From the human T2T-CHM13v2.0 reference genome, Homo sapiens: a stretch of 64,000 bases of DNA. Numbering within the stretch: position 1 is the stretch's first letter; each line of letters begins with the position of its first letter. The notes beneath the pieces are model-generated. The model was not told the origin of the DNA. It saw nothing but the letters and a program-made list of their open reading frames with translations, and made no database searches. The translations under genes were made by a program, and so were the position numbers. The DNA lies in assembly GCF_009914755.1 (NCBI RefSeq), contig NC_060934.1. One strand, given 5' to 3'. Positions 28,301 through 43,833 of the stretch are shown here, one piece after another.

Positions 28301-28976
28301 AAAACTACTTTCCTTTGAAATTGGGCTTGAGTAGAAAACAGTATTATGTGTGGCTGTTTAGATGGCCAGTTCCATTTGGCCATCAGCTTTTTTCCCATGA
28401 TCTTTGAATTCAATGGCTTGTTATATTTTAGACTCACTGTGAGGTGTGCATTGAGCACAGTTATTTTGTGTATTTAGTGTTGGAATTAACATCTAAAATG
28501 TGTTGGGAATACCCAGTAAACTTCTTAAATTAATATTTTATATTAAGACGCTTCAGAAATACAATGGTATTAAAAGCACTTTACAGCTGAATGACTAAGG
28601 CTGTGACGGTCACATTTAAATAACTTTGTTTTTTCAGAAAATAGGTATTTTCATTGCCTTTCTTTCTGATATTTTGTGGATGTTTCCTTCCTATGTTTTG
28701 GAAGGTATATTCCAAATTTGATAATCTTATCATTTTGCCACATTGGCTTTCTTCCCTTTGAACTGACAGATTTGTGTGTGCACGTGGACGCTCCTCCAGA
28801 CTTTATGTTCGGAACCACTGAGAGTACTGGCAGACACTAACTCCGCACCCCACGTTCGTCAGTGTGTGTGTTTTCTTAGAACCAGGACATTTCTTCTCCA
28901 TAACCACCAATTAACATATTTAGGGACTTTAACATTGATGTAACATCACTGTCCAATATTCAGTTTGGACATATCC

Positions 28977-29252
<276 letters not shown>

Positions 29253-29752
29253 GAATCTTTTCTTAGGAGATGTTATTAAGAGTCCGGGCCAATATTGACT
29301 GCGTGTGGTTGTTTTCTCATGACGAAACTCAGGGGAAAAACGTTTCTCAGGGTTTTCATAGGTGCTGTTGTTTCCTTTTCAGTGTGTTACATCAGGAGGC
29401 GTATAATGTCAGGCTCTCTGGGTGCTGGGGGATGACTGTGTAGTTCAGATGGTGTCTATCGGATGTTTTTCATGTAAAGGTCACTTTCTCCCTTTATAAT
29501 TAATGAGTAATAGGCTGAGTGATACTGTGAGACTTTGCAAATGTTCTGATCCTCCGCGTTCATTTAGCATTTATTGATGATTCTTGTCAGTTATTATACT
29601 TGTGGCTGTAGAATGTTGATTTTCTATCACTTCTGTATTGAAATTCTTCCATTTAAGAAAAAAAGAATTGTCTCTCTTCCACTTCTGTACCCTTTTTTAG
29701 TGGTTAGAATAGACTCAGGTTTTTTTTTTATTTAATGTTTAAAAATAATAAA

Positions 29753-30036
29753 GTCATGCTTGTGCTCACCTATGGTCCCAGCTAGTTGGGAAGCCGAGGT
29801 AGGAGGATTGCTTGATCCCAGGAGTTTGAAACCAGCCTGGACAACATAGTAGGACCCCATCTCTTAAAAGAAAAGAAAAAGTTATCCTGGCATGGTGACA
29901 CACCCGTGCTCCCAGCTACTTAGGAGAGTAAGGTGGGAGGATCGCTTGAGCCTAGAAAGTCGAGGCTGCAGTGAGTGGTGATTGTGCCACTGCACTCTCA
30001 GCCTGGGCAACAGAGCAAGACTCTATCTCACAAAAA
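29753..30036 (+). mobile_element. AluJo-like
   Basis: Diverged dimer with ggaggattgcttga in the left arm and tcgaggctgcagtgag in the right arm. Confidence 0.85.
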
Positions 30037-31149
30037 TGTAATAATCCATTTCTGTCATCATGTATGCTGCTGCTCAAATTGTCCCAAATTTGACAAATGA
30101 GAGGCCCCTACAGGTGACCCCTGTGTCCTTTGACAAGTGTCCATCTCAGCTTTTGAACATTTTCTTACTCTTCTGGCACAAGAAGCCCCAGGCTCACTGT
30201 GTACTTCCTTTCCTTGTCTCAGCCTTGGAAGCAACTCTTTCTCCAGGAAGCTCACCTCCTTTTAGTGAGGAAATGGTATTTAGCAAAATTTAAAATTTTT
30301 AATAAGGACAACGGTGTTTAACTGTATTGTAAGCCTGTGATTTAATATGTTTTTATCTTAGGAAATAACTTCTTACCTATAAAACAAGGAAATGTTTTGA
30401 TTAGTTCATCTTTGGAATTGCTTAGCTGATGCAGTTTAGCATTGCACCATATATGAAAAATTAGAATTATAGAAGCACGATTTTCAGGAGACTACAGTTA
30501 AAGGAAAGATCAAAGTGTTGGTCTTCTCCTTTGAATTTAATCATCTTTTCCAGGCAGACATAAATATGTTTTATTTAGCCCATGTTTAAGAAATATGTAT
30601 TATTTTGCTTGGAAGTTCTGTGGATATTGAAATGACTGGGATATAGATCCTCCCCTTCAGGGGCTTACAGTCTCTCGGGGGACATAAGGGACATAAGACA
30701 AGTATTCAGAGATACATAACGTGAGATAACCTACAGTAAGTGTGAGAATATTTTACGGTATTGTAGGTATCTGGAAAACAGAGAGCAGATCTGGGTCAGG
30801 GTGTCTGAGAAGTTTCACGGTGCGTCTGAGTTGGAGCAGAGTCCAGTGTACTTGGAAACAAGGGCCGCAGAGGGAAGCAGCAGTGCTAGAAGTAAGAAGA
30901 AGCCAGTTTAGAGAGGCCGTGAACTTCACACTGAACTTGTTCTGAATTCAGCGGCAGCGAGAGCCTGTTCAGTCTCGCATAGTGGGGTTGGGACACGCTC
31001 TTCCGAGGCAGTGGGTTATCTCAAATAGAGACTGTCTTGGGCAGTATGGTAGTGGCCCACACAGTAGAGTTCCAGAGGCCCTGAAATGTTGCTTCTCTGA
31101 TGAGCCCTCCCTAACCAAGCAAGACTGGTTCCTTTCTATTTATGCTTTG

Positions 31150-31380
31150 TAGCCCTAATACAACTGAAATGAAATGATCTTTGATGTATTTTTTTCTTTA
31201 AGGCCTGTCACCCCCATTAACTGTTAATGCCATGAGAAAGACGTTGTCTGTCCAGTTCATCATTGCATATTCTACACCTAGTAGTCTATTAGTGCCTGAT
31301 ACACGCATTTATCTCATATTTGTTGGATAATTAAATGACTGAGAAATAATAAATGAGTGTGTAAATTAATGAGTGAAATA
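31150..31380 (+). mobile_element. L2 3' end
   Basis: ctgttaatgccatgagaaag..agtgcctgatac..atatttgttggataattaaatga. Confidence 0.55.
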
Positions 31381-31464
31381 ACAAAGGAAGGAATAAATAA
31401 AGGAAGGGAAAGATTTGCTGATACGTAGATAGTAGTGAAGGGGAAAGTTAGAATAAACAGGAGA

Positions 31465-31690
31465 GAAGGGCCCCAGCACACATTGCAACTGGCAGGTGGG
31501 TGGGCTGGAACTGTGTAGTGTGCACAGCGTTGGCTTTCATGATATTTAGTAGAAATTTGGAATAGTTACCAGCATTTGAAACTTGGGGTTTTTTCCAGAT
31601 TCTCTGGAAAAACTGGAAGATCTGGTGACACGGGGCCGACCGTAACTGGCTGAGCTCATGGAAGCTGGCTGTGCTCCCTTTAGGCTGCAC
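31465..31690. mobile_element. MER102-like hAT-Charlie MITE
   Basis: ctggaaaaactggaagatctggtgacacggggcc..ggctgagctc..ccctttag; related copies at about 35060-35240 (opposite orientation) and about 38390-38640. Confidence 0.45.
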
Positions 31691-32408
31691 ACATGAACCC
31701 CAATTCCCCGCACTTCCTCCACCACCCGCTCCTCCTCCACACTGAGCTCTCCATTGCCCTGCATCCTTTCCCTCACACTGCCCTTTTTCTTTTGCTAGAG
31801 GTGAGAGGAAAAGTGAAACGTTTCTTGTATCCGTGTCTCTTTGAGAAGTGGAAAAACCAAAGATAGACTGAAAGGCTCCAAGTAGTAGGAGGGCATTTTC
31901 TTTGAGAATGTGAAGAATATTCTTAGTCTTTAATATGCAAATAGAGTGTCCCTATGGTAAGAATACAACTCAAGGGGGGCTATTTATGAAATACACCCTA
32001 CGTTAGAGTTTGAGACCCCAGAGGTAGACCGTACAGAAACCGACAAGTAGAGATGAAGCGGTAAACAGAAGAGTGACACGCGCTGCCTTGACTATAAATA
32101 GCAAAGTTTAGAGAAGCACCTGTTTCAGGGGAAGCCAATGATTTTGACATTAGAGTTTTTCTTAATTTTAATTCAAATAAATTATTAAGTATTTTCTCTC
32201 TTTTAGACAAAACCTTTGTTTTCATACACGATGAAAATGTAAGTAATTATTGCTATTCAACTTCATTCACTTTTTTAGTTTGGATAACGAGTTCAGATGG
32301 CTGGACATAGCTGTGTTACAGCCCATTTTTTGAGTGTTTTTAATGAAATTTGCAAGTCATGGGCTAAAAACATTGCAAAGCAATATACTCCTTTAAAAAC
32401 TTAAGCAG

Positions 32409-32807
<399 letters not shown>

Positions 32808-33455
32808 TCAGGCAAAAGGAAATGTAATAGAATGTGCTTTAGTGTATTGTGTCAGGATAATTAAAAGTGCTCGTGGATAACACTTGATGCTATGAAAGGA
32901 GTTTTCTTTTATTACTTGAGTATTTTAGAATATATATGTGATATTTCATCTCTTGTCCAATTCCTCTTTCTCCTCCAACTCAACTTTCCTTTATTTTTCC
33001 TACTGAAGTTATAGTTTCAGTGTCTTATCTTTAATTTCAGTATTGGATGGTAACATTTCTCTCAAGTTATTGGCACCTCTTCCTAACCAAAGGGTAAAAC
33101 AAACAAGATATCTGATAACGCCCACATTTAAATAGAGCAGGACTGGATTATTCAATATCCATTGCTTAGTGACAAAGCTATCAGAAACAGGTGGTAACTA
33201 CAGCTACATGATTCTTATTCAAAGGAAAAACCTGCTGCTGCATTGGGGAGGGGAACAATTTGCTGATTAAGATTACTATTCTAAACCTCTCTTCTTTCGG
33301 AGGAGAAAAGCCAGAAAAATACAAAAAGATTTAGGGTGGCTGTTTTATGAAACCTTAGAGGTTTCTGCTAAGACACAATTAATTTGCTTTATGGACCTGA
33401 ACAAATGTGACACTGACAAAGGCTCCTTATACTTTTTTTTTCTTTCCCCAAACAG

Positions 33456-33526
33456 GAAAATATTGAAATTTATTCCTACAAAAGTAATGAAGGAACCAAA
33501 CGAATTAAATAGAGCGCAAGCAGCAT
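33456..33526 (+). other. Candidate exon D (71 nt)
   Basis: Very strong acceptor acttttttttttctttccccaaacag|G and donor CAT|gtaaga. Purine-rich body. ATG at 33487 opens MKEPNELNRAQAA to the donor; TAG at 33510 closes the phase-0 frame. Confidence 0.7.
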
Positions 33527-33568
33527 GTAAGATTTAGTTTTGAAATTCTACCAATAGGCACCTTATGC

Positions 33569-33690
33569 CTTTATTTTGTAAAGGAGGATCAGTTGAGCCC
33601 AGGCTGGTCTCAAACTCCAGGGCTCAACTGATCCTCCTGCCTTGGCCTCCCGAGAAGCTGGGACTGCAGGCGTGCACCACCATGCCCAGC
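33569..33690 (-). mobile_element. FLAM (Alu monomer)
   Basis: Single arm flanked by caccttat on both sides, about 40 nt after exon D. Confidence 0.8.
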
Positions 33691-34126
33691 GTACACCTTA
33701 TTCTTCTGTTGGTCTCTTTTTGCCTCTTGACATTCCTAACCTAACAGCGTGATTCTTATCTAAGACTTTGCATGTGAAGTGTAGCCTTTCCCTAACCCCT
33801 TACTTTCTCCCATTCATTTTGGGCTGAAATTTAGGTGACTGTCATTGGGTGGACAGTGTTCGTAGGGCCACCTGGCTTAGCTTTCTGTAGGATTGAATAA
33901 CTTACAGCAATTTTTGTAAAATGTCAAAGCCAGGTCTGGCACATATGGAGTAGCAGCAGCACACGCTGGATCTCCTGGAGTTGAAAGTAGGGGCACAGTC
34001 ACACCTGTGTTGGGGTGCAGTTGCATCAGAGCTTCGCAACACCCTCGGAATCACAGCCCTTCTGCAGGGCTGTCATTGGTGCGACTTAGATCACAGATTG
34101 TGATGCCAGATGAGGTCTTTGAAATC

Positions 34127-34421
34127 CAGCATTGCCCAAAGTGTGCTGTTCCTATCCTTGCTGGCAGATGAGATAATTTTAGATAAAAAACAAATGGGCA
34201 TTTAGATTTATTTTTTTGTATTTAATTTATATTAGAAAAATACAATTAGCCCAAGGATCCAGTGAGTTCATGGCTATTACTGCTTAGGACAAGGGTAAAG
34301 TGAGTGTTAAAAATAAGCCAATTTAAGAGAAATAAAGGGATAACAAAGAATTCAGATGTCATGCTGACATTGCAAAGAAATTATGAGGGTAATACAATAG
34401 CCAGAAGTTTGGGCAATACTG
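34127..34421. mobile_element. hAT-Charlie-type MITE with TIRs
   Basis: Terminal inverted repeats cagcattgcccaaa / tttgggcaatactg (13 of 14 complementary). Confidence 0.7.
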
Positions 34422-35635
34422 ACTTGGTATGAAATGGCTTAGATGGGTGATTCGTAGCAGAGCCTTTAATGCCTCATCCATTGCCCTGCCCATTTTAATA
34501 CATGCATCTCCCAGGTAAGCTCTTTCTTCCAAGGGAGGATTCTGTGTCTTGAAGTATGAAAGCTGCTATTATAATAATGTGGAGCCATGAAAGGTGTTTG
34601 GTGAGTGGGCCAATGATTAGATCTGTGTTTTAGAAAGACTCCTCTTGAGGCAGCACAGAGGGTGGGTTGAAGCTGGAAAAGCCAAGAGGGCAGGAGCTAG
34701 TGAAGTGGGCTCTGTGACAACCAGCAGGAGTCGATGGGGACTGAATCTGGAGCGGCAGCAGCAGGAATAGAAAGAAGAGGCTCAGTTCAGGAGATACGTA
34801 GAAGAAGTTGGCAGTGGTGCAGATTTGCTCAGCAGCGTATGGAATTCGCCCTGTGCCCACAGCTCTGGGTCATCTCCCATCAAGTCCTTTATTCCACATT
34901 TCCAACCTGCTTTCATTCCACTGCTCCCTGCCTTCTCCATTGCCATTTCCTCTTGTGTGTACATAGACATGTACGTTTGTTCCAAAACGAGTCACAAACT
35001 CAGATGCCTTCCAGAACCAAGCATTCAGGCATTGATTCAGAGGGCCTAGTGGTGGGGATCTTTGAACTGGAGGGGGCTTTTTCTGCCTGAAGGCCATGGC
35101 TACTGCTTAGCTCAGGTGACTCTTCCCATGCAGGAATGCAAGCCCTATGTTGCCAGGTTTTTCCATTTTAACATTAAAAATTGGAAAGTCATATAATTAA
35201 TCAAAATCTCCTCAACTTTAAGCATTGGCAACTTTAAATTCTAACAATTGCTATTTCATGTGAGCGGCTGTGAAGATTAAATGGGTTAATAAATGAAAGG
35301 CCATAGACCTAACACCTTATAAATGTCATCTGGCATTACCCAACACCATCATGGTCACCGTCCCCACCCTCATACCCACCTCCTCTTCTAAATCTGGGTT
35401 ACCGAGCGCTTCTGAAGGAAAGTAGCACAGAGCTTTATCTGTATAAAGCATCCAGCTAACCCTATGCCACCAGAGCCACAAAGCACATAATGAGGCAGAA
35501 GCTGATCTCAAACATTTTTCAAGCCACAAAACCCTTTCTTCAACAAACGTTTACAGGGAAACCTGATATGTAAGACAGATTAGTTTGGATCTTCTGTGTT
35601 TGAAGTGGTTATGAAGAGCTGCCTGTCTCCCAGAG

Positions 35636-35816
35636 CAGTGCTTCTCACTGCATCAGAAGCCTTTAGAGGCCTTGTCCAAGCACAGGTGCCTGGGCCCAGC
35701 CCCAGAGGTTCTGAGTCAGTGGCCCTGGGATGGAGCCCAGAACTTGCATTTCTAGCAAGTTCCCAGGTGATGCTGCTATGCTGCTAAGGGCTGGGAGTCC
35801 ACAGTGAAGAATGTTG
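35636..35816 (-). mobile_element. MER5A
   Basis: ttgcatttctagcaagttcccaggtgatgctg matches the reverse complement of MER5A. Confidence 0.85.
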
Positions 35817-35939
35817 TGCTGGTGGCTTAGCAGGTACAAAGGTCAGGAGGGAGACATGTCCCTTACCAGCCGTCGCTGGGCCTGTCACCTCTCCCGTGGA
35901 GGCCTGCCAGGGGCCATTGCTGGAATGTGTTTGGTCGTC

Positions 35940-36112
35940 TAGACCAAGTGTGGGCCTCTGACCTGCAGTATCAGCCTCAACTGGAGCTTGTCATAAATGC
36001 AGGTTCATAACCCATTCTAGGCTTACTGGATCAGAGCCTCTGGGGCCCAGGCTCTGGGTTTCTGAGAGGGCTCTAGTTGATTCTTGTACATGCTGAAGTT
36101 TGAGAACTGTTG
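35940..36112 (+). mobile_element. MER5A
   Basis: aagtgtgggcctctgacctgcagtatcagc..tgctgaagtttgagaactgttg. Confidence 0.8.
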
Positions 36113-36659
36113 GTGTACATGCACCCTAGTCAGGAGGTGGAGGCCAGCTTAAGAAACCACCTATGGATAGAACCATATTCACTACCTCAGCACTTGGCCT
36201 CCACCACCATCTGCCCCTCAGAACAGCACTTCTGCCAAATTAAAGACTTGATTCTACCAGAAGCTTCCTTGGACTTCACTGTGCCATTGGATAAACTAGT
36301 GTCATTGGATAAAGTGCTGCATCTGTTAACAACTTAATTTCAAAAAGTGAGTCAAAGCAAAGAAGGCCAGAAGATGGAAGGAAGAGCCAAATATTTAGAA
36401 AGGGTGATGAATTAAAGTTTAGAAATATTATTTATGCTTGATAGCAATGAATCCAGGGCAAAAGGAAACTATAGTGCTTAACAGTCTAATGTATGGCAGA
36501 TACTTTCTTAGGCCCATTTGATTCTCATAGCAAAGTGGAGATTTACCACTTTATATCTTTATAAAGGTATCTTTATTTGCAGAATAGGAATCAACAGAGC
36601 CAGGAGTTGAGCCTATAACATTGAAACCTTTATTCTTCCTACTCGCTGGTAGTGATGGT

Positions 36660-36980
36660 TACAGAAGTCCCTTAGTATCTGTGGAGTACTGATTCCAGGA
36701 CCCCTGCAGATACCCAGCTCCACGACTGCTCAGGTCCCTGATATGGCATAGTGATTGCATATAACCTATGCATATCCTCCTGTATACTTGAAATCGTCTC
36801 CAGGTTACTTATAATTAATATAACATAAATGCTATGTAAATAGTTGTTATACTGTATTTTTATAGGTTTTCATTGTTGTATTGTTACTTTTATTGGTTTT
36901 TTCCCCTCAAATATTTTGTATTTGCAGTTGGTTGAGTCCAAGGATGCACAGCCTGTAGGTAGGGTACAGAGGCCAGTTGT
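36660..36980 (+). mobile_element. MER2 (TcMar-Tigger MITE)
   Basis: ttccaggacccctgcagatacc..tgcatataacctatgcatatcctcctgtatac..ggttgagtccaaggatgc. Confidence 0.85.
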
Positions 36981-37160
36981 TTCCCTGAACTCTTAGAGTT
37001 CCTCAGTCCCTCCTTATACTGAGCACTTAGTATTTGTAAACACTGACATTTTCCTACTTTTATTTAAGTATGAAGTGTCTAATAAAGATGTATAGTGTGA
37101 CGTACTGCAAATAGAAAATACTGCTACAACATACAAACATCTAAATATCAGGACTTTTGA

Positions 37161-37496
<336 letters not shown>

Positions 37497-39068
37497 TAAA
37501 TTTTAAACATGTTGAATTCTGGGTATAAAGCTAAAATTATTTTTTCAAGGATGTTAACCTGGCTACTAACTAAAAGACAGGAATAATTCGGTGAGCTCTA
37601 AACTGAATTTATTTATTGTATACTGAATCACAAACCAGACTAGATTTTTTAAAAAATAGATCAATAAGTTCAAGCCAGAAATAATACATGCTTTCTTAAG
37701 TTGTGAAATAAGAACAAAATGCAAACAAATAGTATCTGACTGAGAGTGATATTTCACCTGTGATGTAGAGCTCTGGACCCGCTTAACCTTAGCTTCTAAG
37801 TGTCTTTGATATTTTATTTGCCACATTCTTAGCACTAAATGAAATGTATGTGTTGGGGTGCAGATGGTATTTTGACTTTAATTATATGATTTTTGAGGGA
37901 GAAGACTCACACCTGAAAGTGTAGTCTTGCTATCTAGATCTTTTAAAGAAGGTGCTTTAAGAAAAAAGTGGTGTTAATTATTGATATGATCAAAACTCAC
38001 TTCTTTAGAAAATAGAAATGGCAACAAGCAAACATGAGGAAGGGACTGAGTATTCAAACCCATGAGGCATTGTGATTATATTTAGTCAGTCAGTGAAATC
38101 TGGCCTAATCTGGGACAGTAATTATTATCATTTAAGAAAACATATTTAGAGTTTTAAGAGAAAATACTTAAGTTACTGAAATTATTTGCATAGAAAAGTG
38201 AACACTTGCTTCTGAGTTTCATGGAAGATTGCAAGTCCTCTGCCACATGGCAGAGAAGCAGACCCAAAGGAAATAAAGTAATGCATTTTAAGAAATGGCT
38301 GGTGTACTTGGTATGATAGTACATACCTCGTGTCGTATTATTCTGCAAAAATACTTAGGGAATATCCTCAGCTTTGTTTGATAGATTTCAGTGGCTGGCA
38401 GCAGCAGGACGTTTACCAGAGGTTGCAAAGGAGGTGGGTTGTGGGACACAGTTTTCATTCATCCTGAACGTACGCTTAGTTTGTCTCATGTTGTGTATTT
38501 TAAAATTCTGATTTTGTTGCCAACATTTTTAAATCAGAAAAATTTTACGTAACAAATAAGCAGTGTTTACATCTTTCTTTAGAAATTTGAAGATTTGGGA
38601 ACATTGAGCTTCCATTTTGGTCGACAGCCACAGTGACCTGGGGCCAAAACTTTTTTTTCTCTTTTCCTTTTTCAGGACTCCTTTCTGTAATGGGCCTAGC
38701 TTGCTTTACTCGTTCGCTTCATTTTTCTGGTTCCTAAAGGCACTTAAGTTTAAAGCCCTTACTTTAAATCATGCCCAGGCTACCACAACGAGTCATATGC
38801 ACTTTCGGATCATCCAGAATTCTGAAATCATAATGATTATTCATGATTTACTTATTGCTTTTATGTCATTGTAGTTTGGGAGATATTTTTTATGTAGAAT
38901 AGGAAACATATTATCCTCATTATTTCATCATCCAGGAAAGATGTCTTTGAATAGTTGAAATGGGAAAATAAAAGAGCCAACAGTTACAATAAAATATGAA
39001 GTTGAAGCCGTCTGTGTTAACTAAACCAAATACAAGTAGGAGAAAAAAATTGTAAAATGATGGTTTAG

Positions 39069-39208
39069 TTTTTTTATTAAAAAAAAGAAATGGAGACAGG
39101 GTCCCACGATGTTGCCCAAGCTGGTCTCAAAATCCTGGGCTCAAGCGATCATTCTGCGTTGGCCCCGCAAAGCGCTGGAATTGCAAGCATGAGCCACTGA
39201 GCCTGGCC
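39069..39208 (-). mobile_element. FLAM_C
   Basis: Monomer; TSD aaaatgat(g/a)gttt. Confidence 0.85.
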
Positions 39209-39703
39209 AAAAATGATAGTTTTTATGGGTAAGAAACAACATGGAATAGTGGAAAAGATAATAATTTAGGATACTTTTTTTTTTCTGGGAACAGTCATGA
39301 GACTAACTAGTTTTACATTTCAGTAACCAGTAGATATTGGTTTTATCTGTAAAAGTAAGACTGAAAAGCAAGACCTAACCCTTCTGGTTATAAAAAACTA
39401 TGATTTTCTTAATTTCTGAAATACATGGTAATTCTGAAGGTAGAGACCTTTAGAAATCTTTGGGAATTTGTAGGTTTACTATTTAGAGACTTTTGCAGAT
39501 ATCAGAGTTAGTACAACAAATCATTTAATATTTCCCTACAAATCCAGATCCAGTTCAATGGTTCATTGCCAGTGGCTTAATCCGTCAGTCCAGGACCTCT
39601 GTGGCTGTAGAAACGCTGTTTGGCGAGGCACTGGTGCTTTTTTTCCTTTCTGAATCGGACCCCGGAATCCCTTATGCTGGTTACCTTCACCTGTTAGGTT
39701 TTT

Positions 39704-40100
39704 TGTCGGTGTCTGCTCGGGCTGCCATCACAAAATGCCACAGACTGGGTGGCTTAAGCAACAGCAGTTGATTTCTCCTAGTTCTGGAGAATGGGAGTCT
39801 AGGACCGAGGGGTCAGCAGGTTTGGTTTCCCCTGAGACCTCTTTCCTCGGCTTGCAGGTGGGCGCCTCACGCAAGGGTCTTTGTGGGCCCTTTCCTCTCC
39901 GCACACACGCCCGTGATGTCTCTCTTCCTCTTCCTCTATGGACACCAGTGCTGTCAGATCAGGGCCCCACTATTCTGACCTCATGTAACCCTGATGAGCT
40001 CTTTAAAGGCCCTGTGTCTACATACAGGCACACAGGGGGCTAGGGATTCAAGGTATGAAGTGTTGGGAGGACATGGGAGGACATGATTGAGTTCATAGCA
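39704..40100 (-). mobile_element. MLT1A-like MaLR solo LTR
   Basis: gggctgccatcacaaaatgccacagactgggtggcttaagcaacag..ggacaccagt..ttcatagca. Confidence 0.85.
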
Positions 40101-40501
40101 GATGGCAGTGAAAAGGAAACCAGGGTTTCTTTGAAATGCAGGATGTGCCTGGGAAGCAGCCCAAGTCACACAGCAGCCACTCCAGCTCTCATTCGCCCAG
40201 GCTTGATCCAGGCAATACTTTGCAGCCTTTTTCTATGCCCTTTTCTCATAAGTAATAGAAATAGAGAAGTCAGAAGCTTGATCCTGCTTTTAGAAGATTG
40301 CCAACCCATTTATTATGCCACAGTATTTTAAGATTAATTTTTAAAATCCTTTTGGATGGGGAACTCACCACCCAATCTGGCAAACCTATCTGTATAAACT
40401 TGTGTTCTCCAGCTTGTTGGCATCCTTTGTTCCCCAGTAGTCCTTGTCTAAGTCATGCAATGTGGTCGCTGTGCCAGGGACACTCTTCTGTCCTCTGCTT
40501 A

Positions 40502-41090
40502 CATCAACCCATTGATGAATCTTGACATCACTGAAAGTGAGACAGCAGATACTTGTGCCTCTTTAGGGATACAGTAAGAGGTATACTGCGTCACCTATAA
40601 ACTGTTCTTGCCAAATACATTGAACCTGAAGTGCAGTCAAGACTTCAGATCTAGCTACATGCTTATAGGAAACACAGCAGATAGAGATTAAGTGATACAG
40701 GAGGAGGGAAACAACTTGATCCAGAATGTGATATTCTGCCAAAGCAATGACCTGGTTTCTTCAACAAATCAGTGGCATGAAAAAAAGAGAGCAGGGGGGA
40801 ACCATGATTGTTCAAAAATGACTTATGTGACATCAACCAATTGCAATGTGGTCCTCTTTTAGATACCGATTCAAAGAAACTGACTTTAAAAATGTCGGGA
40901 GTTTTTTTTTGCAATTTTTTGAGGAAATTTGTATATAGACTGGGTACTAAGATTGTCATTAATTTGCTAGGTGTGATGATGGCGATGTGGTTATACATAT
41001 TCTTAAAATACCTTTTCTATTAGAAATACGTATGGAATTACTTACTGGTGAAATAATCTGATGTCCGAGATTTGTGTTAAACGATGTCGG
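40502..41090 (+). mobile_element. Old L1ME/L1MC 3' region
   Basis: atgacctggtttcttcaacaaatcagtggcatgaaaaaa..gacttatgtgacatcaaccaattgcaatgtg..ggtgaaataatctgatgtc. Confidence 0.7.
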
Positions 41091-41204
41091 GGTAAGAGGA
41101 AAATGGTTGGTTTCTCATCCTTCAAGTATTGGCTTATGTTAACCCCTTGGGGGAGATATTTGAAGCAGGTGTTTTCCCCGTCCTATTTCAATCATTTCAC
41201 TCTG

Positions 41205-41395
41205 TTGGTTTGTTTCACAGCACTTATAATCTGTCGGTAAGAGTATTTTGTTTATTTATTGTCTTTCTTACCTCAGTCTATAAACTCCAGAAGGACAGGA
41301 GCCATCCCTAGTTGCCCACTTTGTACTCCGAGCCTGGTATACTGCTGACCTGTGGCAGGTTCTCAGTAAATGCATCTCAAAAGAGTGTATGAGAA
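41205..41395 (+). mobile_element. L2 3' end
   Basis: ctataaactccagaaggacagg..ggcaggttctcagtaaatg. Confidence 0.65.
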
Positions 41396-41741
41396 GAAAT
41401 TTTATTTCATATGATGTTTGCATTTTGATGTTTCTGTATTTGGACTTTTACTGTAAATTGTTAATAAAATCTATTATAAATGTCTAGTTTCTTCGTATAC
41501 CTTTTTCTGAGGGATGGGGTAGTAAGTGCTTCCTAAGCTTTTATTCTTGAGAACTCAAATATGACCCATTTTAAATAGTAGTTTCTTTAGTGGTTGGCAC
41601 TTGTCATTAGTCTTGCAGGTAGAGTGAAAGGTGTATTGTTAAATCACTGACCCATTAGCCTTTTCCTTGTATATGATAAACACATCTGACCACATGTGCC
41701 TGCCACACCTCATGCCCCTGAAAGCCTCCGTGCTCCCAGCC

Positions 41742-42052
41742 TTTTTTTTTTTTTTTTTTTTTTTTTGAGACAGAGTCTTGCTCTGTCGCCCAGGCTGGAG
41801 TGCAGTGGCGCAATCTTGGCTTACTGCAAGCTCCGCCTCCTGGGTTCACGCCATTCTTCTGCCTCAGCCTCCTGAGTAGCTGGGACTACAGGTGCCTGCC
41901 ACCACGCCCAGCTACTTTTTTGTATTTTTAGTAGAGACGGGGTTTCACCATGTTAGCCAGGATGGTCTCGATCTCCTGAGCTTGTGATCTGCCTGCCTCG
42001 GCCTCCCCAAGTGCTGGGATTACGGGCAGGGCATGAGCCACTGCGCCTGGCC
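41742..42052 (-). mobile_element. AluY
   Basis: Diagnostic actgcaagctccgcctcc and ttagccaggatggtctcgatctc; TSD gctccc(c)agcctttt. Confidence 0.95.
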
Positions 42053-42170
42053 GCTCCCCAGCCTTTTATGAAGAACCTGCGCTCTTCCCTTTGCTCTTCC
42101 TGTGCTGCCGGAGGGGCGAAGTCTCACTTACAGTATAGGTGAGGGCTTTTTAGGCTCCTAAAGAATCATG

Positions 42171-42804
<634 letters not shown>

Positions 42805-43833
42805 CCATGTAGTTTTTAAAGCCCCAGTCTTGTTAGGAGTCTAAACAGTCTGTTGTATTTATTGTGTCAGAGGAGTGAATGGATTGTAAATGTTTTAGTG
42901 TAGCTCCACCTCTTAACCCAAAGTGTTTGGTTTGGATGCTACCCAGGAGTGACTTGTTCAGGTTCTTTAGAAGATAGAAACCTTGCTTTCAGTGAGCTAG
43001 ACAGTTTCCTTTGTTAATGGATTATTACATTATGTCTTTGTCTGAATCTCCTTCAGGTAATTAATGTATGTATTTCTATTTTTGACCATGTTTTAAGTTG
43101 CATACATGCATAAAGCTGTCTTATACAAAAGTAGAATGAATCATGTAATTAGCCTTATGCACCATCACCCTGCTGTAACTCATCAGCGTCACATGTAGAT
43201 TTTAGTTAGCTATGAAGTTGGATAAATATGTCTGTTAATTTTAAGAATGCAAGAACTGAATTCATTCTAAAAATATGTCAGTGTATCTGCTAATATACCT
43301 ATATGTCTCCCAATTTTATTACACTTTGTTTATAATAACTAACATCATGTTTAACACATAATTTTCTTTTTAATGGAAATTTCAAGGCAGTTAAACTTGC
43401 AAAAGACATGTTTTTAATAATAGGTGAGCTTTTAAAAATAAAGTGTATATATATATATTTAATTTTGTAGATCAAATCCCGGCTTAACTGCTTTAGCACA
43501 ACTTGATATTTAAGGGAATCTTTTTAAAAATCCTTTTTATTTTTATGTATAAATGTGGATGGTTATATATCTTGTTGCCTTAACTCAACCCAGGAGTGTA
43601 AGTAGGTTTCTTCTTTCAACAATGGTGCTTTTCAATTTACTTACTATCTGAGCCATATTGTTTATCTTAATACATAATAATTTTGAAGTAAGTTAATTGA
43701 CAAAAAGAAATGTAATTGGGTTCGTACTCAATTATTTTCTTCAGAAATATAGACTGTCTGTTGTGTGCTCGAAAGAACATAGGCTTTGGATTCATAGGGA
43801 TCTGGGTTCAGAGCCTCACCACTACTTACTAAG

